Origin: an uncultured Eudoraea sp. | GTDB taxonomy: Bacteria > Bacteroidota > Bacteroidia > Flavobacteriales > Flavobacteriaceae | Assembly: GCA_965364275.1 (NCBI GenBank) | Contig: CBDTVT010000001.1 | Location: 1 to 42,085 of the forward strand | Reading direction: 5' to 3' | Length of the DNA: 42,085 nt | In this document: positions 28,989-39,564 of the stretch, piece after piece | Layout of the letters: every line of letters starts with the position of its first letter | Position numbering within the stretch: the first letter of the stretch is position 1 | The notes under the pieces: model-generated | Told to the model about the DNA's origin: nothing | The model's input: only the letters and a program-made list of their open reading frames with translations | Databases searched by the model: none | Program-made: the position numbers and the translations under genes

Positions 28989-29438
28989 CTAGTTATCACC
29001 GGCATGCCATTCGGCAAAGGCAGTGTCTGTTTCGCGAAGATTTACTGAATGTAACTGTATTTCTTTAGATAAGCGGGCTTTAATTTTGCTTGCGAAATCA
29101 ATTACCATATTTTCACTCGTGGGCTGATAATCTGCGAGGATTACTTTATGCCCTCGGACTTTTAATTCTTTTGCCAATTCTATATGAGGGGTATTTTTGT
29201 TAAATACCGTAGCATGATCAAAAGGGTCTACGATTTCTTCTTTTACTATTTTTTTTAAGTCACCAAAATCAATGACCATTCCAAGTTTAACATTGGATGT
29301 ATCCGTAATTGGCATTCCAATTACGGTAACCGAAAGTTTATAACTATGGCCATGTACATTTTTACATTTACCATCGTAGCCATATAGAGCATGGCCGGTT
29401 TCAAAAGTGAATTGTTTGGTAATCCGTATTTTATGCAT
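28989..29438 (-). CDS. queD: 6-carboxy-5,6,7,8-tetrahydropterin synthase (6-PTPS family)
   Basis: FETGHAL, KCKNVHGHSY, MVIDFGDLK, FDH, PTSEN, LRET. Confidence 0.88.
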   Translation of the reverse strand: MHKIRITKQFTFETGHALYGYDGKCKNVHGHSYKLSVTVIGMPITDTSNVKLGMVIDFGDLKKIVKEEIVDPFDHATVFNKNTPHIELAKELKVRGHKVILADYQPTSENMVIDFASKIKARLSKEIQLHSVNLRETDTAFAEWHAGDN

Positions 29439-29455
29439 TCGTTTTAACTCTGCTA

Positions 29456-29463
29456 CAAATGTA
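29456..29463 (-). promoter_or_regulatory. -7 promoter box for queD-lpxH
   Basis: TACATTTG on the minus strand 17 nt upstream of the ATG. Confidence 0.55.
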
Positions 29464-29521
29464 TAAAATCTTTATAGGGGAGCATAGACTATTTTGTAAG
29501 GTATTATTAAAGGAGATTAGC

Positions 29522-29635
29522 CTATTTTTTAAATTTTCTCCTGTTTCTAATTCTATTAAAAATATATATAACTACTACCAAAAGAGCCAGCATTGGAAAG
29601 AGAAGATCTCCATTTAGGAATTCAAAAAATTTCAT
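29522..29635 (-). CDS. Putative 37-aa single-pass membrane microprotein
   Basis: Not in ORF track. MKFFEFLNGDLLFPMLALLVVVIYIFNRIRNRRKFKK*; ATG 4 nt after the enoyl-CoA hydratase stop on the same strand; hydrophobic helix followed by a basic tail. Confidence 0.65.
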   Translation of the reverse strand: MKFFEFLNGDLLFPMLALLVVVIYIFNRIRNRRKFKK

Positions 29636-29639
29636 ACTG

Positions 29640-30407
29640 TTATTTCTTAAGACTATTTAACTTCTCCTTACTGGCCGGTGAAAGAGCTAATTTACCCGAA
29701 ATCTCAGCTCGGCTAGTTAATAATTCTCTCCATGAAGTAGTATCTTCCCAAAGAATCTTTTTTATAGCTTTTAAAGCTTCTGGATTATAGGATGCCAGAG
29801 TTGACATAAAAAAATCCAACTCCCTGTCCATTTCTTTAATGGAATTAAAAACCTTAGAATACAGTCCTTTTTCCTGGGCCCAATAGGCATTTTTCCATTC
29901 TGTAGGTGACAAAGCCAATTCGGCAAAACCAGCCATTCCTATTTTACGTTGAACCGCAGGTTCAATAACTAATGGCGCTATCCCGATAGAAAGTTCAGAA
30001 AGTCTTACAGAAGCAGCTTCAGTAGCAAAGACATAGTCACATGCAGCGATAAGGCCAACTCCTCCGCCCACGGCTTTTCCCTGTACTCTGCCAATGACAG
30101 GATGTACACATTCTCGCATAGCATTGATAACATTAGCAAAACCACTAAAAAATGTTGTCCCTTCGTCTGTGTTTGATATTGCCAGCAATTCATCAAAGGA
30201 GGCACCTGCACAAAAAGCCCTATCTCCTTCTGATTTTAAAACTACAATAGAAACTGCCTCATTGGAAGAAATATTTTTAAGTTCATTAGTTAATCGGTCT
30301 AAAAGTTCACTGACAAAAGAATTACTTGCAGGATGGCCAAATTCTATAGTAGCAGTTCTATTCTCAATTTTGGTATAAAGACTACCGGCGGGTCTGTTTG
30401 TGCCCAT
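29640..30407 (-). CDS. Enoyl-CoA hydratase/isomerase (methylglutaconyl-CoA hydratase-like)
   Basis: AFCAGASF, PVIGRVQGKAVGGGVGLIAACDY, LSELSIGI. Confidence 0.9.
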   Translation of the reverse strand: MGTNRPAGSLYTKIENRTATIEFGHPASNSFVSELLDRLTNELKNISSNEAVSIVVLKSEGDRAFCAGASFDELLAISNTDEGTTFFSGFANVINAMRECVHPVIGRVQGKAVGGGVGLIAACDYVFATEAASVRLSELSIGIAPLVIEPAVQRKIGMAGFAELALSPTEWKNAYWAQEKGLYSKVFNSIKEMDRELDFFMSTLASYNPEALKAIKKILWEDTTSWRELLTSRAEISGKLALSPASKEKLNSLKK

Positions 30408-30427
30408 TTGAATTGTTTTTTGTAAAA

Positions 30428-31762
30428 TTAAACCTTTTGTAATAGTGGGCGAAATTTTCTACGGAACTTCCATACAAGGGCGCTACCTCTAATTATCATC
30501 CACATGGCAAGTGCAATCCAAATTCCTTGTAGGCCAAAACCGAAGGTTTTACTTAATAATAATAAAGGAATAAAACCTAAAAAAGTGGCTGTCAACAGAA
30601 CATTCCTGAGAAATTTCATTTCACCCAATCCCTTAAACAAACCATCAAAAACAAAGGCAATAGAATTCATTGGTAATCCCAGGATAAGGATAAAGAAAAT
30701 GGAGTAGAAGGTCTCCAGTACCATAGGGTCATTTGAAAAAAGGCGTCCCAGCGGTCTGTAGAAGATAAAACCGTTAAGCATTAAAAACAAACTCACCATT
30801 CCACCATATAGAGCGATTTTTTTGGCTAATGACCATAGGGTATTGTAATCTTTTGCGCCAAGTAATTTACCCCCCATAATATTACCTGCCGCACCATAGC
30901 CATCTATAAAAAAGGCAGCAAAAAGCCATAGATTTATGGCTATTGTATGTGCTCCGATATATCTATCGCCCAGCGCTGCAGCTTCTCGTACAGCAAGAAT
31001 AAGAGTAATATTAAGTGCAATAGCACGGATAAAAAGATGGAAACTCATTACCGCCAGGCGCCCCAACTCCCTATGTATCGGAAATCTTGGGATAAGGCTA
31101 ATATTCGTTTTTAATCGCAGGAGGACAAATGCCATTATGGCCATTACACCTTGGGAGATAAGGCTTGCCCATGCCGCACCTTCCAGGTTATAGGCAGGAA
31201 TTATATCTGATATGCCGTAAACCAAAATAAAATCTAACACGATGTTTAACACGGCTCCTGTTATAGCTATGAGCATAGGCCAAAATGTGTTTTGTAATCC
31301 TCTGAAAATTCCCATAACAGCAAATACGAAAAGTGTTAAAGGGAAACCCCATACACGAATGGAGTAATAAGTAACACAAAATTCTAATATTTTTCCCGAA
31401 GCATTTAATAATTCAAAAATCTCCTCTACAATAAAAATGGTAGAAAGCAGTATTAACACACTAAGAGCTACATTAAAAAAAATTGCCTGCGCCGGTAAAT
31501 TCTTAACCTCATCTAGCTTGCCTGCTCCTAAATATTGAGAGATAATTGCAGATATGGCACTTCGGGTTTGCCCAAGGATCCATATAAGCATGGACAAAAA
31601 GGAACCTACGATCCCAACCGCAGCTAGTGACTCCAGACCGTAGGTTTGAATATTACCAACAATAGCAGTATCGGTTATAGATAAAACAGGTTCTGCTATC
31701 CCGGCTATAGTTGCAGGAATAGCTAAGGTATTAATGGTTTTGAAACTTACAACTGTTTTCAA
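30428..31762 (-). CDS. MATE family efflux transporter (DinF-like)
   Basis: LAIPA..EPVLSITDTAIVG, GIFRGLQNT, NIVLD, GAAWAS; about 12 TM; TTG start. Confidence 0.92.
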   Translation of the reverse strand: MKTVVSFKTINTLAIPATIAGIAEPVLSITDTAIVGNIQTYGLESLAAVGIVGSFLSMLIWILGQTRSAISAIISQYLGAGKLDEVKNLPAQAIFFNVALSVLILLSTIFIVEEIFELLNASGKILEFCVTYYSIRVWGFPLTLFVFAVMGIFRGLQNTFWPMLIAITGAVLNIVLDFILVYGISDIIPAYNLEGAAWASLISQGVMAIMAFVLLRLKTNISLIPRFPIHRELGRLAVMSFHLFIRAIALNITLILAVREAAALGDRYIGAHTIAINLWLFAAFFIDGYGAAGNIMGGKLLGAKDYNTLWSLAKKIALYGGMVSLFLMLNGFIFYRPLGRLFSNDPMVLETFYSIFFILILGLPMNSIAFVFDGLFKGLGEMKFLRNVLLTATFLGFIPLLLLSKTFGFGLQGIWIALAMWMIIRGSALVWKFRRKFRPLLQKV

Positions 31763-31774
31763 AAATAGAATGGA

Positions 31775-32275
31775 TTACAAAACGAGTTCATAACAGCAAA
31801 AAGGATAATTACTCTGTTTGGGGAAATAGACATTTCCCAGTTTTTGATAACCCCGTTGCTCATAAAATTTTTGATTCTTTTTGTTTTGGCTAAATGTATC
31901 CAATCGTATAGAGATATACTTGTTATCCCGCGCATAATTTTCAGCAAATTTCATTAACATTCGCGCATAGCCTTTGCCCTGGTATTCAGGCCCCACAGCG
32001 AGCCTGTGAATATATATGTTATTTTCGTTAAGAGTTAACCAGTTAATAGGAATATATTCCTCATCCATATATGTGGTAATAGTTATGCAGCCTATAAGAG
32101 TATTTCCAGATTTAAGAACAAATAATTCCTTTAGGGAAATATCTTTTTCAAAAGCTTCTCTGGAAGGGTATTCTTCATTCCATTGAAATATCCCTATTTT
32201 TTCCATTTGTTTCGCACAGGCAGTGGTAAGCCGAAGTATTTCCGGGATTTCCAGTATCTTTGCGCATCTAATCAT
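31775..32275 (-). CDS. GNAT family N-acetyltransferase
   Basis: HRLAVGPEYQGKGYA acetyl-CoA motif A; RLDT..N....FYE.RGY. Confidence 0.9.
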   Translation of the reverse strand: MIRCAKILEIPEILRLTTACAKQMEKIGIFQWNEEYPSREAFEKDISLKELFVLKSGNTLIGCITITTYMDEEYIPINWLTLNENNIYIHRLAVGPEYQGKGYARMLMKFAENYARDNKYISIRLDTFSQNKKNQKFYEQRGYQKLGNVYFPKQSNYPFCCYELVL

Positions 32276-32325
32276 GATTAATTTATCAAATAAGTTGTAA
32301 ATTTAAATTAATAATACCAAACCTT

Positions 32326-33123
32326 ATGAATAACATATTGGTACCTATAGGAACTTCTCCTACTGCTCACGAGACTTTACAATATGCCGTGGAATTTGCA
32401 GCGCAATTTTCTTCAAGAATTTATGTCATGGAAGTATTTGCAGCTACGGCAACGGCAGGGAAGTTGAAGAATATTTCAGAGAAAGTGGCAGAAAGCAGTA
32501 AGAAGCATGTCAAGGAAGTTATTGAAAAGGTAGATTCAAAGGATGTAGATATGAAGATTGCCACATATAATGGCGATATAATAGATGGACTGAAGGAAAT
32601 TGACAAAGAACTTGGTATTGATCTTATTATTATTGCCCCGAGATGTAATGACGTTAACGAGGAATTATATCTGGGACATACAACCGGGAGAATAGTTAAA
32701 AGAACAGATATTCCAACTTTAATCGTACCAAGAGGTACCGTTTTTAAGCCTATTAAAAATATTCTAACAGCTTTTAAATCTGGAATTTTAACTCAAAGAA
32801 GAATCCTTGAGCCATTAAAACTTATAAAAAAGAAATTTAAATCCAAAATAAATTTACTTCTTGTAAAGACTCCTGGTTATTCAGATGAAGATCTTAAAAT
32901 AAATACTTCTCTTATGGATTTGTGTTCCCAATTAACGGTTACGGAGCATGCTACAACCTATTTAGGAGTTTTAGAACATTTTCAATCCGCAAACCCGGAT
33001 TTGCTTTCCGTATTTAGAAAGAAACGTGGGTTTTATAAAAAATTATGGGAGAAGAATACGATTCTTAAATCTGAATTTTCAGTGCGTATTCCTGTTCTTG
33101 TTTTAAGTGTTAAGAAGGATTAG
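32326..33123 (+). CDS. Universal stress protein (tandem UspA-type)
   Basis: NILVPI, DLIII, YLGHTTGRIVKRTDIPTLIVP, C-terminal IPVLVL. Confidence 0.85.
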   Translation: MNNILVPIGTSPTAHETLQYAVEFAAQFSSRIYVMEVFAATATAGKLKNISEKVAESSKKHVKEVIEKVDSKDVDMKIATYNGDIIDGLKEIDKELGIDLIIIAPRCNDVNEELYLGHTTGRIVKRTDIPTLIVPRGTVFKPIKNILTAFKSGILTQRRILEPLKLIKKKFKSKINLLLVKTPGYSDEDLKINTSLMDLCSQLTVTEHATTYLGVLEHFQSANPDLLSVFRKKRGFYKKLWEKNTILKSEFSVRIPVLVLSVKKD

Positions 33124-33197
33124 AGAAGATAAAAATTTAATCGGAGGAATTTTGAAACTTATTCAAAAAGTAGTTCCTTTGACCTTCCTTAAAAGAC

Positions 33198-33272
<75 letters not shown>

Positions 33273-33308
33273 AAAAACCCTCCTTCAACTAATGTAAGAG
33301 GGTTTTTT
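33273..33308 (+). terminator. Intrinsic terminator after tRNA-Ala
   Basis: AAAAACCCTC ... GAGGGTTTTT plus T-rich tail. Confidence 0.7.
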
Positions 33309-33377
33309 ATTTTAGTTTTTATGGCTTTTTAATTTTAAAGAGATCGCAGATAATTAACTACAGAAATTTCAATTGAT

Positions 33378-34091
33378 ATGATAGATTTAACAGGTAAAGT
33401 TGCCTATATCACAGGCGGTTCAAAAGGAATTGGACTTGGAATAGCAAAGAAATTACTGGACTCGGGGATTAAAGTTGCCATAAGTGGTAGAAGTAAATCA
33501 AGCTTAGATGCTGCTGTACAGCAATTAGGATCTGGACCTAATGTATTGGCTCTTGTGAGTGATGTTACAAAGCTTGACAACGAGCATAAGGCTGTAGCAC
33601 AAATTACACGAAAATGGGGAAAGCTTGATGTGGTTCTGGCCAATGCAGGTGTTGGACATTTTGCACCGGTTGATGAATTATCTGAAAAGGATTGGCATCA
33701 AATGATTGATACAAACCTTAATGGAGTATTTCATACTTTAAAGGCATCCGTAGATGCTCTAAAGGACTCAAAAGGATATTATATAACTCTTGCAAGTTTA
33801 GCAGGGACCAATTTTTTCCCTACAGCCGCTGGATACAATGCTACAAAGTTTGGTGTTGTTGGTTTTACTCAGGCGGCGATGTTGGATCTCCGTAAATACG
33901 ATATTAAAGTTTCTACCATAATGCCCGGTTCTGTAGCTACACATTTCAATAATAACGAACCTAGCCAAAAAGATGCCTGGAAAATACAACCGGAGGATAT
34001 AGGAGAACTGGTGATTGATCTGTTAAAAATGAACCCGAGAACTCTACCCAGTAAAATAGAGGTAAGACCCAGCAGACCGGACAAAAAATAG
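33378..34091 (+). CDS. SDR family oxidoreductase
   Basis: TGGSKGIG, ANAG, catalytic YNATK, PGSVAT. Confidence 0.92.
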   Translation: MIDLTGKVAYITGGSKGIGLGIAKKLLDSGIKVAISGRSKSSLDAAVQQLGSGPNVLALVSDVTKLDNEHKAVAQITRKWGKLDVVLANAGVGHFAPVDELSEKDWHQMIDTNLNGVFHTLKASVDALKDSKGYYITLASLAGTNFFPTAAGYNATKFGVVGFTQAAMLDLRKYDIKVSTIMPGSVATHFNNNEPSQKDAWKIQPEDIGELVIDLLKMNPRTLPSKIEVRPSRPDKK

Positions 34092-34094
34092 TGA

Positions 34095-36845
34095 TTAGTC
34101 TTCTTTAGCAATAAACGGGACTTCTGGATTTGCAATTTCCTGAATAAGTTTAACCAGCTGTTCATGAAATAGGTCAAGGGTATCTTTAGTTATGTTGAAA
34201 TCCTTATTTGAGGTATTCCTGCTATTTTTTGTTGAAAAATAGAATGGCCCAGAACCCAAATTCTTGAAGGAAATAATGCCGGCGTTCATTTTTTCAATGG
34301 GATTAATATTTTGATACATGAACGAATAACAAAGCAACTGAAATGCTTTGCTACGATCATAATTTTTAATGATTTCATCCCATAAAACTACTTCTACATT
34401 TGATTTGAGAACACTCCCGGTCTTGTAATCAAGTACCCTAAACATGCCATCTTTTTCATCAACTCTGTCTAATGTTCCTTTTAATGTAACGGGAGTCTCT
34501 ATCCCGGGGACATCAATTTTGATTGAAAGTGCATTTTCCAGTGCTATTATCTTTATATTATGATGCTTAATGTCCTGAATTTCCTTTAAAATGAAGCTAT
34601 TAATATAAGCCACAATGACATTGAAGGCAATGAGATTTTTACCTCTTGAAATATCCTCTTCTGCATATATTTTCAAAAGTTCACTTTTAACGACAGCTCT
34701 AATTTTTTGTATTTGTTCCTTTAATTTACCTTCAGTCAGAAAAGAACCTAGGAATGGATTGTACAGAATTTCCATTGCCTTATGCAAAATAGTCCCAAAG
34801 GTGTTTGAAGCAATGGTTTCCTCTACTTCAAGAACTTCTTCCAATTTTAATATTTTTTGTTTGTAAAAGTTAATAGGATTTTTAATATAGTTTGTGAGCG
34901 AAGAGGGAGAAAGACCTTTTTTTAAGACGGCGCTTATTTTATTCATTATATCGCTATCCTTTTGAATAGAAACGGGAGAATTAACTATTGAGTTTATCTG
35001 AGGAACCGCAATTTTCGTTTCTATATTTTCTATGTGATTTTCATCTGTAAGTAATTGTGAAATAAACCTACTTTTTTCACCTCCCTCAATGACATCAGGT
35101 TCAGTGTTATAGATAAGATAGATATTTTTAGCTCGTTGTAACAATCTGTAAAAATGATAAGTATAGACGGCATCTTTCTCTTTATAAGCAGGCAAACCAA
35201 ATTCTCTTTTAATATCGAAAGGAATAAAGGAGTTATTGGTCTTTCCGGCCGGGAGGATACCTTCATTTACTGATGTAATTATGACAGTTTCAAAATCGAG
35301 GTTTCTACTTTCCAACATCCCCATGATTTGAAGGCCTTCAAGAGGTTCGCCTCTAAAGTTTACTTTTTCAGTGGATATAAGTTCCTTGAATATACTTTGT
35401 AAAGCCCTTAAATCTTTTAAAAACGGGTATTTTATAGAAAGTAATTTTAACTCATTAAATAAAGTATAAAAGTTATATAAATACTCTAGTTCTAAATTGT
35501 TTTCCAGTAATTGAAATTTCACTTTCAGGAGTTCAATAATTGCATTAAGCTTTTCAAGAAAAAGTGAAGGCTCTACATTTTCATCTGAAAACAGGAGCGT
35601 TAATCCTTCAGAAGTTTCAGGAAATATTGATTCTAATTTGGAAGGAGTTATATAAATCCAATTACGCTTATTAATTTCCGTTTTTATTCTTGCAACTATA
35701 TTTAGATCATCCGTGGAAAGTAATTTCTGAATATACGGATGAGCCAAAAAAGACAGTAGGTTCTTATAAAACCAACCGCGTGAATCTAATTGAATATAAA
35801 GGTCGAAGAGTTGGGTAAACATGCCGGCCATGGGGGTTTTATCTAAAGGATACCCCATCGTGATATTTACTTTATTTATTTCAGCCGGGAGGGAGTTTAA
35901 TATTGGGTTAAGTAGCGTTTCATCTCCCAATATTACAGCAGTATTCTTTACTTGTTTCGGGTCCTTTTTATTTATAATTGAAATCAAATTCCCAACGTAC
36001 TTTGCCTGGGATATTTTTTTAGGCACACCGGTAATTTGGATATTTTTTGTGGTGCAATAATACTTACTTAATCCTTTTAATGGATGGTCTTTAAAATAAC
36101 TCCATTCCTTTTGGTATTGTCGAATAAAAAACCCCGCATCATGAATTTTATCTTCCAGAAAATAGGTGTCTATATCCCAAAAGATATCAGCTTTACCATC
36201 TTTTAAAAATTCTTGAACAATAAAAACCTCGGCTTTGTTCAAAGCATTAAATCCAACAAAAATGTGCTTTTTATTTTTTGATTTATTAATGTAATCAAAT
36301 AGTTTATTGCATGCTTCCTTATAAACCAATCCCTGATGACCCAATCCATTTTCTAAAAGATTTTTATTAAAGTTATAGTGCAATTCTTCCAGATTATTCC
36401 AAAAGCTGAGATAATCTTCTATTAACTTAGTTTTATTGGGTTTCAGATGCCATTGGTTCATTTCCTGGATTACCGATAAGTATGAAAAAAGCTTATCAGG
36501 AGGCACCAGGTACCTGTCAATTTCGTTGAAATCCTGCAATAGAATCTGACCCCATTTGGAAAAGGAATAAAAACTTTCCTTTTCTTCACTACCCATATTT
36601 ATATAGGCATTATACAGTTCAAATAGTTGCTGTGTGTTGGTGGCATACGAAAGACCGGAAATAACTTCAACAAATGATTCAATGCTATAGATTTCAGGAG
36701 CAAAAATTGGTTTACTAACAATTTTGGAGATACTGTTTTTAAGAAAGGTTCCTGCGCGTTTACCAGGAAGTATAAAAATAAGATTATCAAAAGAATCATT
36801 CTTTTCCCATAATTCTTTCGCAATCTGATTTAAAAAACTTTGCAT
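34095..36845 (-). CDS. AddB-like PD-(D/E)XK nuclease family protein
   Basis: PGKRAG, DFNEID, GEPLEGLQIMGMLESRNLDF, SFIP, FYRLLQRA, LSPSSL, GTLDRVD..LDYKTG..FQL. Confidence 0.85.
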   Translation of the reverse strand: MQSFLNQIAKELWEKNDSFDNLIFILPGKRAGTFLKNSISKIVSKPIFAPEIYSIESFVEVISGLSYATNTQQLFELYNAYINMGSEEKESFYSFSKWGQILLQDFNEIDRYLVPPDKLFSYLSVIQEMNQWHLKPNKTKLIEDYLSFWNNLEELHYNFNKNLLENGLGHQGLVYKEACNKLFDYINKSKNKKHIFVGFNALNKAEVFIVQEFLKDGKADIFWDIDTYFLEDKIHDAGFFIRQYQKEWSYFKDHPLKGLSKYYCTTKNIQITGVPKKISQAKYVGNLISIINKKDPKQVKNTAVILGDETLLNPILNSLPAEINKVNITMGYPLDKTPMAGMFTQLFDLYIQLDSRGWFYKNLLSFLAHPYIQKLLSTDDLNIVARIKTEINKRNWIYITPSKLESIFPETSEGLTLLFSDENVEPSLFLEKLNAIIELLKVKFQLLENNLELEYLYNFYTLFNELKLLSIKYPFLKDLRALQSIFKELISTEKVNFRGEPLEGLQIMGMLESRNLDFETVIITSVNEGILPAGKTNNSFIPFDIKREFGLPAYKEKDAVYTYHFYRLLQRAKNIYLIYNTEPDVIEGGEKSRFISQLLTDENHIENIETKIAVPQINSIVNSPVSIQKDSDIMNKISAVLKKGLSPSSLTNYIKNPINFYKQKILKLEEVLEVEETIASNTFGTILHKAMEILYNPFLGSFLTEGKLKEQIQKIRAVVKSELLKIYAEEDISRGKNLIAFNVIVAYINSFILKEIQDIKHHNIKIIALENALSIKIDVPGIETPVTLKGTLDRVDEKDGMFRVLDYKTGSVLKSNVEVVLWDEIIKNYDRSKAFQLLCYSFMYQNINPIEKMNAGIISFKNLGSGPFYFSTKNSRNTSNKDFNITKDTLDLFHEQLVKLIQEIANPEVPFIAKED

Positions 36846-36855
36846 TTTTAAAAAT

Positions 36856-36886
36856 AAAAAAAGCCCCGCACTTGCGGAGCTTTTTT
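36856..36886 (-). terminator. Intrinsic terminator after ompA
   Basis: Minus strand AAAAAAGCTCCGCA-ag-TGCGGGGCTTTTTTT. Confidence 0.8.
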
Positions 36887-36909
36887 CTAATATATCAGGT
36901 TTCTAATCC

Positions 36910-38256
36910 CTATTGTTGTGGAATCAAATTAATTTCAACTCTACGATTCGTTTTCCTTCCGGAAGAGGTACCGTTGTCTGCTAATGGTCTGTCTTCACCA
37001 AAACCTGCAGCTTCTAATCTGCTGGAAGCAACCCCGTTTTCAATTAAGAAGTTCATAACTGAATAGGCTCTTTCTTCAGATAGCTTTTGGTTTAATGAAG
37101 CACTACCAACACTATCAGTGTGCCCGTCTATACTAAACCTTGCAAAAGAATACTCTTCAAGGATAGCTACGATATTCTGCAATACTTCAGCAGAACGCTC
37201 TTTAATAGTTGCTTTACCAGTATCAAATAAGATAGTTTTAGCATAGTCGTTTAATGTCTTACGAACAGCTACAGTAAGTTCTGGACAACCTTTATTTGCA
37301 ACAACACCTGGTAAGTCTGGGCAAAGATCATCTTTGTCAAATACACCATCATTGTCTCTGTCTGGCCATGGGCATCCGTTATTCTCAGCAGGACCTGCTT
37401 CGTTAGGACACTGATCATCTTTATCAGCAATACCATCACCGTCAGCATCAGGACAACCAGCTAAAGCAGCTAGACCAGCTTCATTTGGACAAGCATCATC
37501 TTTATCAGCAATACCATCGCCATCAGAATCAGGACAACCATTCATTTCTTTAGAACCAGCTTCGTTTGGACAAGCATCTTTGCTGTCTTCAATACCATCA
37601 CCGTCAGAATCTGGACAGCCATTAAATGCTTCTAGACCAGGTACTTCTGGACAAGCATCATCTTTGTCATAAATTCCGTCTTTATCTGTATCAGACCCAC
37701 CAAATTTTATAGAAAGACCCGCCATGTGTTGGAAGTGTGGGAGTAAGTAATCCTCAAAAGAGTGCTTATATTGCATTTGAAGGGTTAAACCAATATTATC
37801 GTTAAACCAAACATTAGCACCAATTCCTCCGTTAAGAGTACCGGCTCCAATATCAGCCACCCAAGTATAACCACCTCCAACTTCAACGAAGGGATCAATA
37901 GTTGTATTTTTTATAAAATTGTATTTTATGGTTCCATCCATACCATAGTAAGAGAAGTCGTCAACGCTGGTGTTCCCAACTTTCCTAATTCGGTTTAAAG
38001 AACCTCTAACGCCAACGGAGATACCATCGCCAATATAACGGGTAACTCCAACATAAGAGATGGATGGCAGAATGTTCCAGTGGTCATTGGCATTAAATAA
38101 TTCATTTCCGAATGAACTAACTTTACCTGTTGGATAAAAGTCAACGGCGTTAACTCCAAAACCAATTTGCCAAGGATTATCTTCACTCTGTGCTTGTATG
38201 CTGTTAAACCCTAGTATTAGAAGGCTAACAAACAATAATCTACTAAGCTGTTTCAT
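36910..38256 (-). CDS. OmpA family outer-membrane protein with thrombospondin type-3 repeats
   Basis: Signal peptide, beta-barrel-like N-domain, DxDxDG repeats, OmpA C-domain ([30 protein letters not shown]); start ATG 38256 (alternative TTG 38262). Confidence 0.93.
   Translation of the reverse strand: MKQLSRLLFVSLLILGFNSIQAQSEDNPWQIGFGVNAVDFYPTGKVSSFGNELFNANDHWNILPSISYVGVTRYIGDGISVGVRGSLNRIRKVGNTSVDDFSYYGMDGTIKYNFIKNTTIDPFVEVGGGYTWVADIGAGTLNGGIGANVWFNDNIGLTLQMQYKHSFEDYLLPHFQHMAGLSIKFGGSDTDKDGIYDKDDACPEVPGLEAFNGCPDSDGDGIEDSKDACPNEAGSKEMNGCPDSDGDGIADKDDACPNEAGLAALAGCPDADGDGIADKDDQCPNEAGPAENNGCPWPDRDNDGVFDKDDLCPDLPGVVANKGCPELTVAVRKTLNDYAKTILFDTGKATIKERSAEVLQNIVAILEEYSFARFSIDGHTDSVGSASLNQKLSEERAYSVMNFLIENGVASSRLEAAGFGEDRPLADNGTSSGRKTNRRVEINLIPQQ
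37282..37692 (-). repeat. Five intragenic ~81-bp (27-aa) TSP3 calcium-binding repeats
   Basis: Units like [27 protein letters not shown] repeated five times; DNA similarity visible (catctttatcagcaataccatc occurs twice). Confidence 0.85.
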
Positions 38257-38291
38257 TTTCAAAATTTTAAGTTTAAGTGTTTATTTAGCAG

Positions 38292-38322
38292 CAAATGTAA
38301 GTTGTTAAGAATTATTAACAAA
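38292..38322 (-). promoter_or_regulatory. Consensus Bacteroidota promoter for ompA
   Basis: Minus strand TTTG (38322-38319), 19-nt spacer, TACATTTG (38299-38292). Confidence 0.75.
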
Positions 38323-38368
38323 ATCAATTTCCTATTTTTTTAAGGTTTTTTTAAGTTAAAACCAGTAT

Positions 38369-39562
38369 TCAGATAATTTTTAACTCTCTGCCTACCTTTA
38401 TAAAAGCATTGATGGCTTTATCCAAATGCTCAATTTCATGAGCGGCAGACAATTGCACCCGTATTCTCGCTTTATCCTTGGGGACCACAGGATAAAAGAA
38501 GCCAATTACATAAATACCATTATCTAGCAACATATTTGCCATTTTTTGTGATAATTTGGCATCATAGAGCATTACTGGTACTATGGCGGAATCCCCATCA
38601 ATAATATCAAACCCTGCTTTTTGCATTCCTTTTTTAAAGTATTTTGTATTTTTTTCCAGCTTATCTCTCAAAGACGTATCCGTCTCTAGCATTTCAAACA
38701 CCTTAATAGAAGCTCCGACTATAGCAGGAGCAAGGGAATTAGAAAATAAATACGGTCTTGATCGCTGTCTTAACATGTCAATAATCTCTTTTTTACCGGT
38801 TGTATAACCGCCCATTGCCCCACCCAAAGCTTTACCCAGTGTTCCGGTAATAATGTCTATCCTGTTCATTACGCCTTTTTCCTCCAAGGTGCCTCTGCCG
38901 GTTTCACCTATAAATCCGGTTGCATGGCATTCATCAATCATTACCATGGCATCATATTTATCGGCCAGATCACATATTTTATCTAACGGTGCCAATAATC
39001 CATCCATGGAAAATACACCATCAGTAACAATTATTTTAAATCGGGCATTATCTTTATTAGCCTGAATTAATTTAGTCTCCAGATCAGCCATATCACTATT
39101 GGCGTACCTATATCGCTTGGCCTTACATAATCTAACACCATCAATAATAGACGCATGATTTAGAGCATCTGATATAATTGCGTCTTCTGCTGATAACAGC
39201 GGTTCAAATACACCGCCATTGGCATCAAAAGCTGCGGCATATAATATAGTGTCTTCTGTACCATAAAATTTTGCAATTCTATGCTCCAATTCTTTATGGA
39301 TATCCTGGGTGCCACAAATAAAACGAACTGAAGACATTCCAAAGCCATGCGTATCAAGGGTTTCTTTGGCAGCTTTTATTACTTCGGGATGAGCAGATAA
39401 TCCTAAATAATTGTTTGCACAAAAGTTTATTACTTCCTGTCCGCCGGAAACTCTGATTACTGCACCCTGAGCGGAAGTAATAATGCGTTCTTCTTTATAA
39501 AGCCCTGCATCTTTTATGCCCCTAAGTTCTTCTTTTAAATATTCTTTAATTTTTCCGTACAT
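38369..39562 (-). CDS. kbl: Glycine C-acetyltransferase (2-amino-3-ketobutyrate CoA ligase)
   Basis: [59 protein letters not shown]. Confidence 0.96.
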   Translation of the reverse strand: MYGKIKEYLKEELRGIKDAGLYKEERIITSAQGAVIRVSGGQEVINFCANNYLGLSAHPEVIKAAKETLDTHGFGMSSVRFICGTQDIHKELEHRIAKFYGTEDTILYAAAFDANGGVFEPLLSAEDAIISDALNHASIIDGVRLCKAKRYRYANSDMADLETKLIQANKDNARFKIIVTDGVFSMDGLLAPLDKICDLADKYDAMVMIDECHATGFIGETGRGTLEEKGVMNRIDIITGTLGKALGGAMGGYTTGKKEIIDMLRQRSRPYLFSNSLAPAIVGASIKVFEMLETDTSLRDKLEKNTKYFKKGMQKAGFDIIDGDSAIVPVMLYDAKLSQKMANMLLDNGIYVIGFFYPVVPKDKARIRVQLSAAHEIEHLDKAINAFIKVGRELKII

Positions 39563-39564
39563 AA

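Noticed and set aside
29439..29521. Possible preQ1 riboswitch upstream of queD
   Set aside because: No preQ1 stem-loop plus A-rich tail recognised, and the -7 box sits only 17 nt from the ATG.
34095..36845. PD-(D/E)XK nuclease plus UvrD helicase as a Cas4-like or anti-phage system
   Set aside because: Size, degenerate helicase-like N-terminus and partner match housekeeping AddAB; no array or cas genes are present.
37282..37692. Repeated DNA units as a CRISPR array
   Set aside because: They are in-frame, degenerate TSP3 protein repeats inside ompA, with no repeat-spacer structure.
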